From: a virus
Taxonomy: Duplodnaviria > Caudoviricetes
Strand: one strand, 5' to 3'
DNA: 61,309 nucleotides
IMG/VR virus record: IMGVR_UViG_3300025154_000095
Coordinates: 1 to 61,309 of that record
This document shows positions 9,494 through 20,073 of the stretch, in pieces. How positions within the stretch are numbered: position 1 is the first letter of the stretch; each line of letters begins with the position of its first letter. The notes under the pieces were generated by a model. That model was not told the origin of the DNA and ran no database searches. It saw only the letters and a program-made list of their open reading frames with translations. A program made the position numbers and the translations under genes.

Positions 9494-9796
9494 ATGAAAC
9501 AGATCACAGCGAAATACCACAACAGTATAGTCCAGGTGGACAGTATCAGCCACATGCCCGGGCGCGTAAACATCCACACCATCGACGGCACGAGGCCTTT
9601 CAGCCGCTACTTCTGGGGAGCAGGTGCGGCACCCGATGACAGTGGAACCGTGTTCGTGGACAGCCTGACAGACATCAAGGTCGAATGGTTGCCGGAAGAT
9701 GACCCGTTCGAACCGACTGACCCGCCTATTGAATGGCAGTATGACGAAGGACACGAATACCTGATGGAATGTGAATCATTGCGGAGAGGTGGATAA
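9494..9796 (+). CDS. Hypothetical early protein
   Basis: GGAGGT RBS before ATG 9494. Confidence 0.6.
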   Translation: MKQITAKYHNSIVQVDSISHMPGRVNIHTIDGTRPFSRYFWGAGAAPDDSGTVFVDSLTDIKVEWLPEDDPFEPTDPPIEWQYDEGHEYLMECESLRRGG

Positions 9797-10167
9797 CATG
9801 ACCCTGCTTCAGATCCTATTCGGTGGCGTGGCGATCATAACGGTGCTGACAGTGCTCAGCGTAATTGGATATTTACGGAGGATGAAATGAACGAGGAACA
9901 AAAACAAAAAGAAGAATTGATGGCATATAGTGATAAGGAATTGAGAGCAGAATTACAGCGTAGGGAGGAAGAAATAAGGAAAAAAACAAAACCAAAAACA
10001 CTAACTGGAATAGACTGGGAAGAATTAATAGACATTTGCGAAAAGTATATTGACGACCTTGACAAACAGGGTTGGGTTGATGATGACATGTATCATTATA
10101 TTTTCGAGACAGCAATAGAAACAGTGTATGGTAAACCCATTTGGGCGTGGATACGGGAGAAAAAGAA

Positions 10168-10497
10168 ATGAACGTGTTGAAGATCGTGGTGGATAAATTA
10201 CCGGAGAAATGTGTATATTGTGATATTCCTTTTTTACTTTGTAAAGCAATGACAGATAATGAATCAGTTTCTAATCAAATATTGTTAGACATGGCAACCC
10301 GCCCCACCTGGTGCCCCCTGGTTGTCGAGGTTCAAGAAGTGTGCGAGTGGAAGCACAATAAACACGAAGGTGACAATGATTTTCAGATTCCACAATATGA
10401 CAATAAACACGGTGTTAGCTGGTGGGATTCAGTAAAGCACCAATTTGTTTTCTGCCCACATTGCGGCAAGCCTATCAAGTACATCGAATCCGAATAA
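10168..10497 (+). CDS. Small Cys-rich protein (KIVVD...WCPL...CPHCGKPIKY)
   Basis: Homologous to 51676-51999. Confidence 0.65.
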   Translation: MNVLKIVVDKLPEKCVYCDIPFLLCKAMTDNESVSNQILLDMATRPTWCPLVVEVQEVCEWKHNKHEGDNDFQIPQYDNKHGVSWWDSVKHQFVFCPHCGKPIKYIESE

Positions 10498-10852
10498 ATA
10501 GAACACTTGTATCTATTATTGTGATATGGAATCTGCTATTATGGATACAAGAACGAACAACAAACAGGAGTAATCATGAGTAATATGAATGAAAAAAAAT
10601 ATCACATTGACAACATACCGGCAAGCGCGATTGATATTATTGAAAAAGCTCGATCGTATTCAGAAGAATTTAGTAGCGGTGATTTTTTCTTTACCAGCGT
10701 AGCAGCAAATATTTTAAGAGAACATGGTCATACGGTTGGTGAATTAAAAGAGGAGCACCAATGCCAGTAGAAATCATAATCATGTTTATAGCAGTGTTCG
10801 GAACCACCGCCATAATGGCGAAATTATCAGATATGTTAGCGAAGGAGTAGAG

Positions 10853-11923
10853 ATGGAAAAATCAGAATTAGCAGTATCAGAACAAAAGAGCTCGCTAATA
10901 ATGCGTGCTCAAGAACAAATGGAAATAGCCAAACGGCTTATTGTAAACGGTAAAAAATTGCAAGATGACGAAGTGCGAGCACTGGCAGTATATACCGCCC
11001 AAACAGGATTAAATATATCCATGAATGAATGTTATTACATGCCCGGAACCGGCCCGATACCGGGCATTGCAGGCATACGCAGACTTGCAAAAGAAGCAGC
11101 CATGGCAGAGGCAAATGACGCAAAATATCGACTGGTTGGCAAGGGTTACAGACTGGAATTTGTATCAGGCGAAAATAACAAACTTGAAGCGGTTTATGAT
11201 ACCAAGAAAAACGACATTGCTTATGAATGTATTTTGACCAGCGATATGGACGAAGCGTTCTGGCTCAATAAATTGTTTTCGGTAATGGACAAGTTTTCAG
11301 CTTACAAATTAGACTTTTCAGACGCGAAACAAAAAGCCATTGAATTGATAGGCGATTGCCCGAAAATATCCTATGTAGGCGTAGTTTATGGATCTGAAGT
11401 TTTTAGCTACAATGGCAAGCCAGAAAAAATGGATCGACACGAACGGGCAAAGAAACGAGCTGAAAAAGGCGCGCTCAAGAAAAGATTTGCCCTCCAAATC
11501 AATGTTGAATTTGAAGAACCGGAAGAATTTATTGAAATGGAAATTCTAAACGGAAATGGCAACACTCCATTATTAGACAATTCAAACAAAACAACGAACG
11601 AGCTTATTTCAGAACTTGGGTTTGAAGTAGATCCAGAAAATCAGGCACCCAAACCCCTGGAATGGTTCGACGAACCAGAATCCATGGTAGAAGCCGCTGT
11701 TGAGTTGGGCGGGCAGGTGAAATCCAGCATGAGCCTTGAAACAGCGGAGGCCGTGACCAATAAAGACGGTGTGCGTTACGGTGACATTGACACAAAGACA
11801 TTATCCCACATGGGGAACGCAATCACCAAAGCCATGGAAAAGAACGGCATGAGCCACGAGAAACACGAAGAACACCAATTGAAGCTGGACGCAATCAAGG
11901 TGATATTAGAATCACGACAATAA
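10853..11923 (+). CDS. Putative RecT/Bet-like single-strand annealing protein
   Basis: AKKRAEKGALKKRF resembles the conserved SSAP helix; acidic C-terminal tail. Confidence 0.5.
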   Translation: MEKSELAVSEQKSSLIMRAQEQMEIAKRLIVNGKKLQDDEVRALAVYTAQTGLNISMNECYYMPGTGPIPGIAGIRRLAKEAAMAEANDAKYRLVGKGYRLEFVSGENNKLEAVYDTKKNDIAYECILTSDMDEAFWLNKLFSVMDKFSAYKLDFSDAKQKAIELIGDCPKISYVGVVYGSEVFSYNGKPEKMDRHERAKKRAEKGALKKRFALQINVEFEEPEEFIEMEILNGNGNTPLLDNSNKTTNELISELGFEVDPENQAPKPLEWFDEPESMVEAAVELGGQVKSSMSLETAEAVTNKDGVRYGDIDTKTLSHMGNAITKAMEKNGMSHEKHEEHQLKLDAIKVILESRQ

Positions 11924-11928
11924 TTATA

Positions 11929-14900
11929 ATGGGGGCTGCGCATCCAACACGCAGAGAGAGGATTGATGAAATGATGAGATTTACAAAATTAGTCCAAAAT
12001 GAAAAAGGGTATTGGGTTCAAGTAGAGTGCGATGGCAAAGGTAATATAAATCCTTATTATGGCTATCGTTGGACATGCCTCCCGCACCACCAACCCAAAA
12101 CCAAAGTCAAGTCATTGGAATTTTACGAGGACGTCATACGGCGCGCGATTGTATGCGAGCTGGTGCTATCTGACAGAAAGCCTGTGATAGGCATTGCCCG
12201 GTGTCACCCCAAAGACAAATACGACGAAGAAATAGGATACAAAATGGCGCTGACTAAAGCCATGGCTGACATGAGCCGCGAGACCCGGGCGATTGTGTGG
12301 AAATATTATTTTCGGAAGATTGCGAAGGAGTAGAGATGTTACAAGAAATGAAACACGGATTAGAAATTAGACACAAGGAAAATCTTAATGGAGAGGTTAC
12401 TGTTTGGCTGTGTAATTACGACAACGGTCAAGAGGTGTTAGTAAAAGATTTCAGCATAATTATGATACTAACTGATTCTTATAAGTTCTCTGAAAAATTA
12501 GCCAATGCACTGGAGTGCAAAATTGTTAGATATGTTGAAAAAACAACATGGAAAATAAAGGAATAACCATGCCCAACAGAGTGACCATATCAGCGTGTAA
12601 ACACAAACGGATCGACTTCCAACCCTATCGATCTTATTGCGCAATTCTGGGCGAGCCCAACTGCTCGATGATATGCCCACATGTCGAAATTGAGATTGCG
12701 GAGATTACAGATAGCATGATGATGGAAGCGGAGAAATATGCCACCAAGGCGTATGACTACACTTCGGGCGGGACCGTAAAACCAAGGATGGTGACAACAT
12801 GGTAAGAATAATATTAAACTACATATTGAGAGCTGCTGAATATGATCTCGTAAAAACACAACGAGACGTTTTACAAAAATCATATTTTGAAAATCGGGAA
12901 AGGATAGCAGCCCTCGAGCATGAGCGCGATTACCTGGACGAAAAGTGTGCGGAGCTTGAACATTACAAAAAGCTAAGTGACGAATGGGTAAAAGAGAAAG
13001 TCGATGGTCTGAATACGTTTGAAGAAATTGAAAAGATGGCACAAATAGTAGGCAGAATAAACGAAGAAAGTGTACTAATAGCATGTGGCTGGTGTGGTGC
13101 AAAATACGAAACCCGCGACCAGATAAAACAACACGCCCTATCGTGTAAAGATAACCCAGTAGCGCGACGGCTGGCAGACTTCGAACACCTGGCAGAGGAG
13201 TTTGCACAATTCAAGGCGCCTGACCACTTTTGCCGGCTGCGATTTATTCAACTGCTGAATTGTGGCAAGCCTATCAAGTATGTGGAGGAGTGATGGAAGA
13301 AATAGACTGGCTTCTAATTTTTGTTATGGTATTTATGTTCATAATTGGTTTTTATTTTGGGTATGATGTTAGAAAAGAAAGTGAGGAGTGATGGAAGAAT
13401 TTTCATTTACGCAACAAGAGCTATTAGACATAATAGATGACAAAGTAAAATACATCAAAAAATTACGGAAAGAAAAGGATGACGAAATCAACACCCTCAC
13501 CGCAACAATAGCACAGAAGGATGCGGAGATTGAGAGGTTGAGGTACGCGTTGATGGATATTGATTCTTATGTAGATGATGAATCAAAAAATGGAAGAATA
13601 ATCAGAAAAGCCCTAGAAGAGGTGAATGATGAAAAATAAAATATCAATTTCAATACATGGAGAAATTACGACTCACATTGCCGCTGATAATTGTAGTAAC
13701 TACGCAACCCTGTGTGGTTTAGATGGTGATGATATACATCCTACCGTAAACCAAAAGATTGTTGACAGCCGAAATAAAATAGATTGCTCTGCTTGTTATG
13801 AGATATGGAAACAATGTTTGTCATACACGCCAAAAGATTTCTCAATAGAGATACGGAGGAATGATGAATGAATTTACACCTGAATGGATTGAGAAACAAA
13901 GAGAGCGACTAATAAAAAGAGAGAACTTTTTCGCGTGGGATAACTATATATCATTACAAGCCCTTGACGAAATAGATCGTTTGCAAGCAATCATCGAATT
14001 AGCTGATTTAGATTACGAATCAGAACACGAGGCAAAAGAAAATTTACAAATGGCAACCGATACCGTTATTGCCTGTCTCCAATCACGTGTGCAGGAACTG
14101 GAATGCCAACTGAAATCTAAACAGATCGTCATCGAAAGTAAAGAACAAACGATTAGAGAGTTTGCAGAAAAGATGCTGGATTTGAGGAAAAGATGAGACA
14201 AGTACTTTACAAGATTTACAGCGTCAATATTCGCGGAGAAGAGCACTCTCCAGAAACAAAGCAAGGTGGTTTTGTTGCTTATACGCCTGATTATAAAAAT
14301 GCTGTTATTGAAACAAATTATGGAGAAGTGATTCATGTTCCAATTGAAAGAATTAGATTTCTCCATCCACAGGAGGAAGAATGAGCACATTTACCAAAGA
14401 ACAAGCTGCGATCAAAATAAATGAAATATTTGCGTCCATACTAAGTGATCATGATTCAAAATATTATCTTGATTGCAAATATTTGAGATGGGGATTAATC
14501 GAAAAAGAGATTATAGATATTATCAATCAAATAAAAGTGGAGGCCGAAATGAATAAGCAAAAATTTACATGTCAACAGTGTGGCTTAAAGATCGAATTAG
14601 AAACAGTATTCAAATTTGAGGTATGTCCAAAGTGTAATGGTAATCTGTTTCCCGATGATTATGTTAATCCACCAGATTATAAGACAATAGCTACAGATTT
14701 AGAGTTGGAGAATAAACAATTAAAAGCGGGCATACAGCTGCTACTTGACAACATAGACTATACCTCTGGTGCTTGTTCTCTCACCGAAATGGTTGGAGCT
14801 GTATTGCCACAGTCAATCATTTCAATTGTAAAGGGATACTTGAAATGAAAATAATTAATATTTTTACGTTGATTGAAGAATTTCGAAACGGTCGTGATAT

Positions 14901-15464
14901 TTGGACGCGTAACCATGTCGAATTAGCAGTACGAGAAATAAGACGATTAGATAAAGAAAATCAAAAACTACAGTTGAGATTAGCGGCAAGTGAAAATGAT
15001 ATTCTACTGCGCGAAGTTAACGAGATGTTGAAAAAAACACAATCACGCCTCCAACAAGTCGAAGATAACCGAGAACATATTAAGAGATTGCTTTGTGACG
15101 CCGAGAAACGTATCGCAGAATTGGAAGCCGAGCAAAGGTGGATACCTGTGAGTGAGGGGTTGCCGGAAGACTCAAGGATATATGATGTTGCAATTGCTGG
15201 CTATCAGTATTCATGGACTGGCTCATGTGTTTTCGGAAAATGGATTGGTGAAAGTGGTAAAGCAATTTTAGGAGTAACACATTGGAAATATCGACCCCAA
15301 CTACCAAAGGACGGGAAATGATGTTTTGGTTAGCCATATACCTAATACTGACAACGGTCTTCCTGTTATTCTGGAAATCAGCGCACTATCGAACACCTGA
15401 CGAAGAAGCCCGCGATATTGAGGAGGAGGCAGCATATTGGAGAGAACAAGCGAAAACGAGATAA
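11929..15464 (+). other. Operon of ~12 small overlapping hypothetical early genes
   Basis: Consecutive ATGA-type overlaps and GGAG RBSs; several share end/start blocks with phage B genes. Confidence 0.75.
13494..13632 (+). repeat. 139-bp block shared with phage B (52129-52267)
   Basis: 3 mismatches by manual alignment. Confidence 0.9.
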
Positions 15465-15490
15465 TATCAGCACAATGTCAATTTATATCT

Positions 15491-15525
15491 AGGACGTAGG
15501 ATAGTAGCCCTACGTCCTTCTTTTT
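15491..15525 (+). terminator. Rho-independent terminator of the rightward early operon
   Basis: AGGACGTAGG-8-CCTACGTCCT followed by T-run. Confidence 0.8.
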
Positions 15526-15556
15526 ATGGTCTAACAGCCTTGTAGCATCATTTCAC

Positions 15557-16107
15557 TTCCCAAAATTCGAACCACAAACGGGAATCCATTCCCAAAATTC
15601 ACCGTAATTTATGGAGTGTGATTCCACAAATTATAATTGTAATGTGCAATACCTGGCATGATACTATCGAATTATCGTTATTATCGGTAATAGATTGCAG
15701 ATTATAATTTTCGTAATTTGACAGCATTTCCTTTCTGGAGTGAAAAAACGAAAGAATGTTTCCTTGATAGAAGGAAATTACAACCGTACTAATCTTATAT
15801 CGCAAATGAGTATAAATCTTTACATGACAACCGGCTCATGCAAAGAAAAACGTGAAAATGCAACATGATAACCCGTGACATTTCGTCACGCTTTGAAATC
15901 GCGGATCATAGACCCCAGGGTGAATATGCAATCTGGACGGGTTTCATTGTACAATTTGGCAATCCGATTGTGTTAAGTAAATAAAAATTATGACATATCG
16001 AAACGTTCTACCGATAGGACGAAAAGCATCTATCTTCGTTCTGAAGATAGGACGGGTTGTATTCCATTTTAATGCGTAGGTGTTATTTAATGACTATTAA
16101 AAACACC
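15557..16107. other. Non-coding array of diverse operator-like palindromes and paired sites
   Basis: About ten distinct inverted repeats; three tandem pairs with 32-33 bp period; no credible ORF. Confidence 0.65.
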
Positions 16108-16130
16108 AAAACCTATTCAGATAATAACAA

Positions 16131-16360
16131 AATCAGCCCCGAACCACTACTGGAATGAACCCAGGTCATAACGCGGTATCAGGACTGATTGGGTGAGTCC
16201 TACATCGGGATTAGCCCGGTTCAGACCCTTGGACTTTCCTCCAGCAGATTGTCCAGTTCCGCTAGAGTTGCTAGACGTTACCGTCCGGCATAATCCTCAC
16301 TAAAGAGGAGGCTCAACCGAACTAACGATTGAGGGGGTGGCCGACAACCGAAGCAGTCGG
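16131..16360 (-). ncRNA. Candidate structured ncRNA downstream of tRNA-Thr
   Basis: Chain of hairpins with UUCG and GUAA loops and G-U pairs on the minus strand. Confidence 0.5.
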
Positions 16361-16363
16361 TAG

Positions 16364-16435
16364 AGCCAACAAGTAGACTTGAACTACTAACCAGTCGCTT
16401 ACAGGGCGACCGCTCTACCATTGAGCTATGCTGGC
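16364..16435 (-). tRNA. tRNA-Thr (UGU)
   Basis: Cloverleaf GCCAGCA/TGTTGGC, GCTC/GAGC, GTCGC-CCTGTAA-GCGAC, AGTAG-TTCAAGT-CTACT; CCA not encoded. Confidence 0.9.
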
Positions 16436-17204
16436 GTCCACCTCCTGCTACGTCTCATTCGAGGTGTCACAGGATTAATAATATTATACACCATTTGTCA
16501 ATACCAAAACACCACCCTATTTTGAGTGGTGTTCGGCTGTCCTCTAATTGGAAAAGAAGCTCTTGCGAAGTTAGTAGTATTATACCATATCTGCAAAATG
16601 TTTTTCGTTCGTTTTTATCCATAAACCAAATACAACAGGTTTATAAACAATTCCTTTTAATTGCATTCGAGAGGGGCGCAAGCCTCCCCACCATTCAAAT
16701 CCAAACACCCAAAAAGTTTTCATGTTTCCCATTTTTCTCCTTTCTTATATTATACAAACGCATATAGTCTTTCCATAAAATATTCTAGTTCTTCTGTAGA
16801 GATAAAAGAATTTAACACAATTTCATTTTCGCCAACCATTAAAGGCAGAAACCGAATGTCTATACGTTCTCTTTCACCCCCACACGCTGAACAATTGCCA
16901 CGACTATCATCTTCAGAGTACGAGCCACAATAGGAACATTTTTGTTTTACACTAATCATACTCTTTTTTCTCCCATTTTTCGCACGCGTCAAAGTTGTTG
17001 TTTTCAACAGTAAACGGTACTAAATCATCATCATCTAATTCGCAATAGTGAATATTTTTGTATGCGTCATGGTGTATACAATTGAAACATGTTTTTTTCA
17101 TAAAATAATAATACAACTTTCGATGGTCAATGTCAATATGTTAATTGCAACCGCCCCCGGTGTTCTGGGAGCGGAAGCAAGAGGAGAGAATGAGAGGATG
17201 AAAG

Positions 17205-17426
17205 CTAATCCGGTTTGTAAAATGCTAAAATGCGACTGCCCTTTTCGCCCCTAGCCCAACGGCTGACAAGCAGACCTTCGCGTTCTTTTTGCTGCAATAT
17301 ATCTAACGCCCTGCGGACACTAACCCCTATTTGTTTCGATAAGCCCTGAGATGTAACCTCGTTTAATCGTACAGGTTCAATCAGTAATTCTTTTGCAAGT
17401 TCCTGAAGTAATTCATTTTCTGTCAT
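17205..17426 (-). CDS. Small winged-helix protein
   Basis: TSQGLSKQIGVSVRRALDIL helix-turn-helix pattern. Confidence 0.5.
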   Translation of the reverse strand: MTENELLQELAKELLIEPVRLNEVTSQGLSKQIGVSVRRALDILQQKEREGLLVSRWARGEKGSRILAFYKPD

Positions 17427-18238
17427 GGTTTTAAAATTCTCCGTTGATCCGGTTGCCCTTTATATCGCGCCCGTGAATTGTCAATCAGTCCACCATCAAC
17501 AATGTAACCACCAATGTCTGAACGCGTCCGGTTTGGAACTACCCTGTGACCGAATTCCGTTTTCAATTGCCACGACGGAATGCAGATTACACGAGTACCA
17601 TCCAGCCTATCACCGCTGTCATCAATATTGTGCTTGTGACCGCGCCAGATATAATCAGGGTATGGTAAACCCTGTTGACCACAATCCAGCATGACTTCAA
17701 CACCAATTGATACCGCGCTGCTAGTCCAGGGTCTACCACCCGTTCGCCCGTGATGTGCGAAGTCGTGTAGCTTACCATCAATGTCTAACATGACGTTTTG
17801 CCCGTAATCGTTAGCACCCAAATTCTTGTAGATTGCCGCTTCTTCATTGCTACCGTGAACGCCTGTCCCAAGCACGCCATAAAACGCATCGCACATATCG
17901 ATGATAGGCTGTAAAACGTCAAGCGCGACAATGACCTGATCTGATACGTCCTGAATAATCTGTAAAGTCCCGTGATGGTTGCCGTCGATAATATCGCCTA
18001 AGTGTACGGCAATTATTCGATGCTTGCGTTTGCGTTTCGTCCAGCCTGCTAATAGTTTGACATGTTCCCAATAATCTACCCAATTATTCCATAGCCATGA
18101 TTGCAGTCTATTGTGGTGGACTATTTGTTCTTCATCCGTGTTCTGGTTATGTATCGTAAATTGTGGAGGCGCTAAAGCCGTGCTACTGCCTATATGTGTG
18201 TCTCCGAATATTGCTAGTATTGTTTTAGCTTTTATCAA
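17423..18238 (-). CDS. Calcineurin-like metallophosphoesterase
   Basis: GDTH, GDIIDG, HHG and GHKH motifs. Confidence 0.85.
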   Translation of the reverse strand: MIKAKTILAIFGDTHIGSSTALAPPQFTIHNQNTDEEQIVHHNRLQSWLWNNWVDYWEHVKLLAGWTKRKRKHRIIAVHLGDIIDGNHHGTLQIIQDVSDQVIVALDVLQPIIDMCDAFYGVLGTGVHGSNEEAAIYKNLGANDYGQNVMLDIDGKLHDFAHHGRTGGRPWTSSAVSIGVEVMLDCGQQGLPYPDYIWRGHKHNIDDSGDRLDGTRVICIPSWQLKTEFGHRVVPNRTRSDIGGYIVDGGLIDNSRARYKGQPDQRRILKP

Positions 18239-18290
18239 GGTTGCCCCTTTTCTATACTCCGATAGTTAGGTTTAGACTAATTATCAGTTG

Positions 18291-19220
18291 TTACTCCATG
18301 TACCTATAGCCATAATGCACAACAGCAGACCAGCCCTCGTTGTCGCGCACCCAAACGGATTGACCGTTCTTTACATAGATTTCCTTGACGTTCACTATTT
18401 CTCCGACCTTACGCATTCTCAAAAAATTATCAAGACTTGCTGTTGATGTTGATGTTCTTATTCTGACATCGTCTATTACCTTTAGTTTAGGCAATATTAC
18501 CTCTTGAATAGGTGGTATAACGGGTGGTGGTTCGGGAATGATTTCACCACCAATGAAATCAATTAGATTGTTATAACTACCATCAAACCAATTCAAATCA
18601 ATGTCAATTGCCCCGGTGCCAAATTCAGCCCCGCGTTTGTTTCCATCTGCGGAGAATTGCCACATTGCTTGTTTACTCCACGGCTTAGGCATTCTGGTAG
18701 GATAACCAAGTGTGTTAGATGTCCAGGTATAATCAGCAACCCATAACGGGTATTCAATCATCCATGATACCTGCTCAAGTTTGAAATAATCCATAAACCA
18801 TTTTGCCGTGTAGATGATTGGTTTTCGCCCCGTCTTTTGTGCCACATGATCTAACCATACCTGAGCGCGCCAGGCGTAATCAGAAAACCTACCAGTATCA
18901 ATGGCTTGATGTTCTTCAAAATCCAACACCGGTGGGAAGTCAAAATAAAACCGCTTATATCTCTCAAGATAAAAATCAGCGGCTACTTTTGGATCTACGC
19001 TTAATTGTAACCAGTGGTAACAACCCGTCAAAATCTTGTCATGCTCAAACGCTGCCCGGCTAAATTCCATGAATTTGTAATCTTCAAATTGATATCCGGT
19101 TAACTTGTTCGCATCCGTTGCCTTTGTGATCCAGAACTTAGCCCCGGCATTATACATGGTGTCAAAATTTATGCTACCAGTCCAATGACTTGTATCTGTA
19201 CCTAATACGCGCTCTGTCAT
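18291..19220 (-). CDS. Endolysin, GH25 muramidase with SH3-like C-terminal domain
   Basis: GTDTSHW, KAT, LDFE, LWVADY, WQFS, DIDLN. Confidence 0.9.
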   Translation of the reverse strand: MTERVLGTDTSHWTGSINFDTMYNAGAKFWITKATDANKLTGYQFEDYKFMEFSRAAFEHDKILTGCYHWLQLSVDPKVAADFYLERYKRFYFDFPPVLDFEEHQAIDTGRFSDYAWRAQVWLDHVAQKTGRKPIIYTAKWFMDYFKLEQVSWMIEYPLWVADYTWTSNTLGYPTRMPKPWSKQAMWQFSADGNKRGAEFGTGAIDIDLNWFDGSYNNLIDFIGGEIIPEPPPVIPPIQEVILPKLKVIDDVRIRTSTSTASLDNFLRMRKVGEIVNVKEIYVKNGQSVWVRDNEGWSAVVHYGYRYME

Positions 19221-19564
19221 TTCATCAACTCCAACAGTTTGCTAAACTGATAAACGATTTCCTGCCATAGGTTGCGCTCGTTGCGGTATTGCGGCTGGAT
19301 TGTCTCCAACTGGTAAGGATTGCTTACAGGTTCGGGATCAATGATTGGTTCGATTTCAGGCTCTGGGTACATTGCTGGGTATGCAAACACCTGTGGACTA
19401 CAAATATCAGCGTATTCCAGATTGCTCGGGTCACATGGGTTGAATACCGGATAGCCTGGAATTGGTGCTGGATAACCAATGTCCTCGCCATGTGCAATCT
19501 CCAACCCTGCCAAAAGCAGTATCACCAAAACACCGATAACCACCATCAATAATTTTAGTTTCAT
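19217..19564 (-). CDS. Exported Pro-rich small protein
   Basis: N-terminal signal-like hydrophobic stretch. Confidence 0.5.
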   Translation of the reverse strand: MKLKLLMVVIGVLVILLLAGLEIAHGEDIGYPAPIPGYPVFNPCDPSNLEYADICSPQVFAYPAMYPEPEIEPIIDPEPVSNPYQLETIQPQYRNERNLWQEIVYQFSKLLELMK

Positions 19565-19638
19565 TTCTCCTCCATACTAGCTTCGACTTTGTAAGCATCC
19601 GTGACCAAGTGTAATTGATAAACGTTGAATCTTCATAC

Positions 19639-20073
19639 TTATATTTCATACGTAACAGTTACCCGAACATATCCAGTAGTTGACATCGCACCATGATAAA
19701 CGTTGACTGAATTACCACCAGACCCAATAACGGCATGTGACACTATTCCAGCCGCCGTAATATTGGATTGTGATGATCCAGTTGGCGCATTACCTGAATA
19801 ATTAATTGGCAATGTAAAGTTAGTTATTGTTCTATCTCCACTTCCAATTGTTGTTATTTGATAGGTTATCTGAACAATGCATACTTCTCCAATGACACTA
19901 TATTTCCCGGCTACTGTTGCGGTTGTCGGGTCTGTTGTGCCACCCGAATAAGTAACTGTTGGTGTGTAAGCATTCCAGATGCCGCCTGTTTGTATCGTTG
20001 CCAGTGCGCTGATTTTATTCTCAAGCTCATTGATAGTTTTCATCAATTCTATGGGGTCAAATTGTCCGTTCAT
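19639..20073 (-). CDS. Tail tip/fibre-like protein
   Basis: W.AYTPT...G.Y...G...FTLP beta-rich pattern; last gene of the tail module. Confidence 0.6.
   Translation of the reverse strand: MNGQFDPIELMKTINELENKISALATIQTGGIWNAYTPTVTYSGGTTDPTTATVAGKYSVIGEVCIVQITYQITTIGSGDRTITNFTLPINYSGNAPTGSSQSNITAAGIVSHAVIGSGGNSVNVYHGAMSTTGYVRVTVTYEI

Noticed and set aside
12590-13207. 205-aa minus-strand ORF and similar antisense ORFs in the track (e.g. 3865-4416, 23671-24114, 51187-51672)
   Set aside because: Shadow frames of well-supported opposite-strand genes, with no RBS or motifs
15557-16107. CRISPR array
   Set aside because: No single recurring repeat; each element is different
16205-16260. Bona fide RNase P RNA
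   Set aside because: The CR-I-like motif is present but there is no room for the remaining helices; it may be just a hairpin loop
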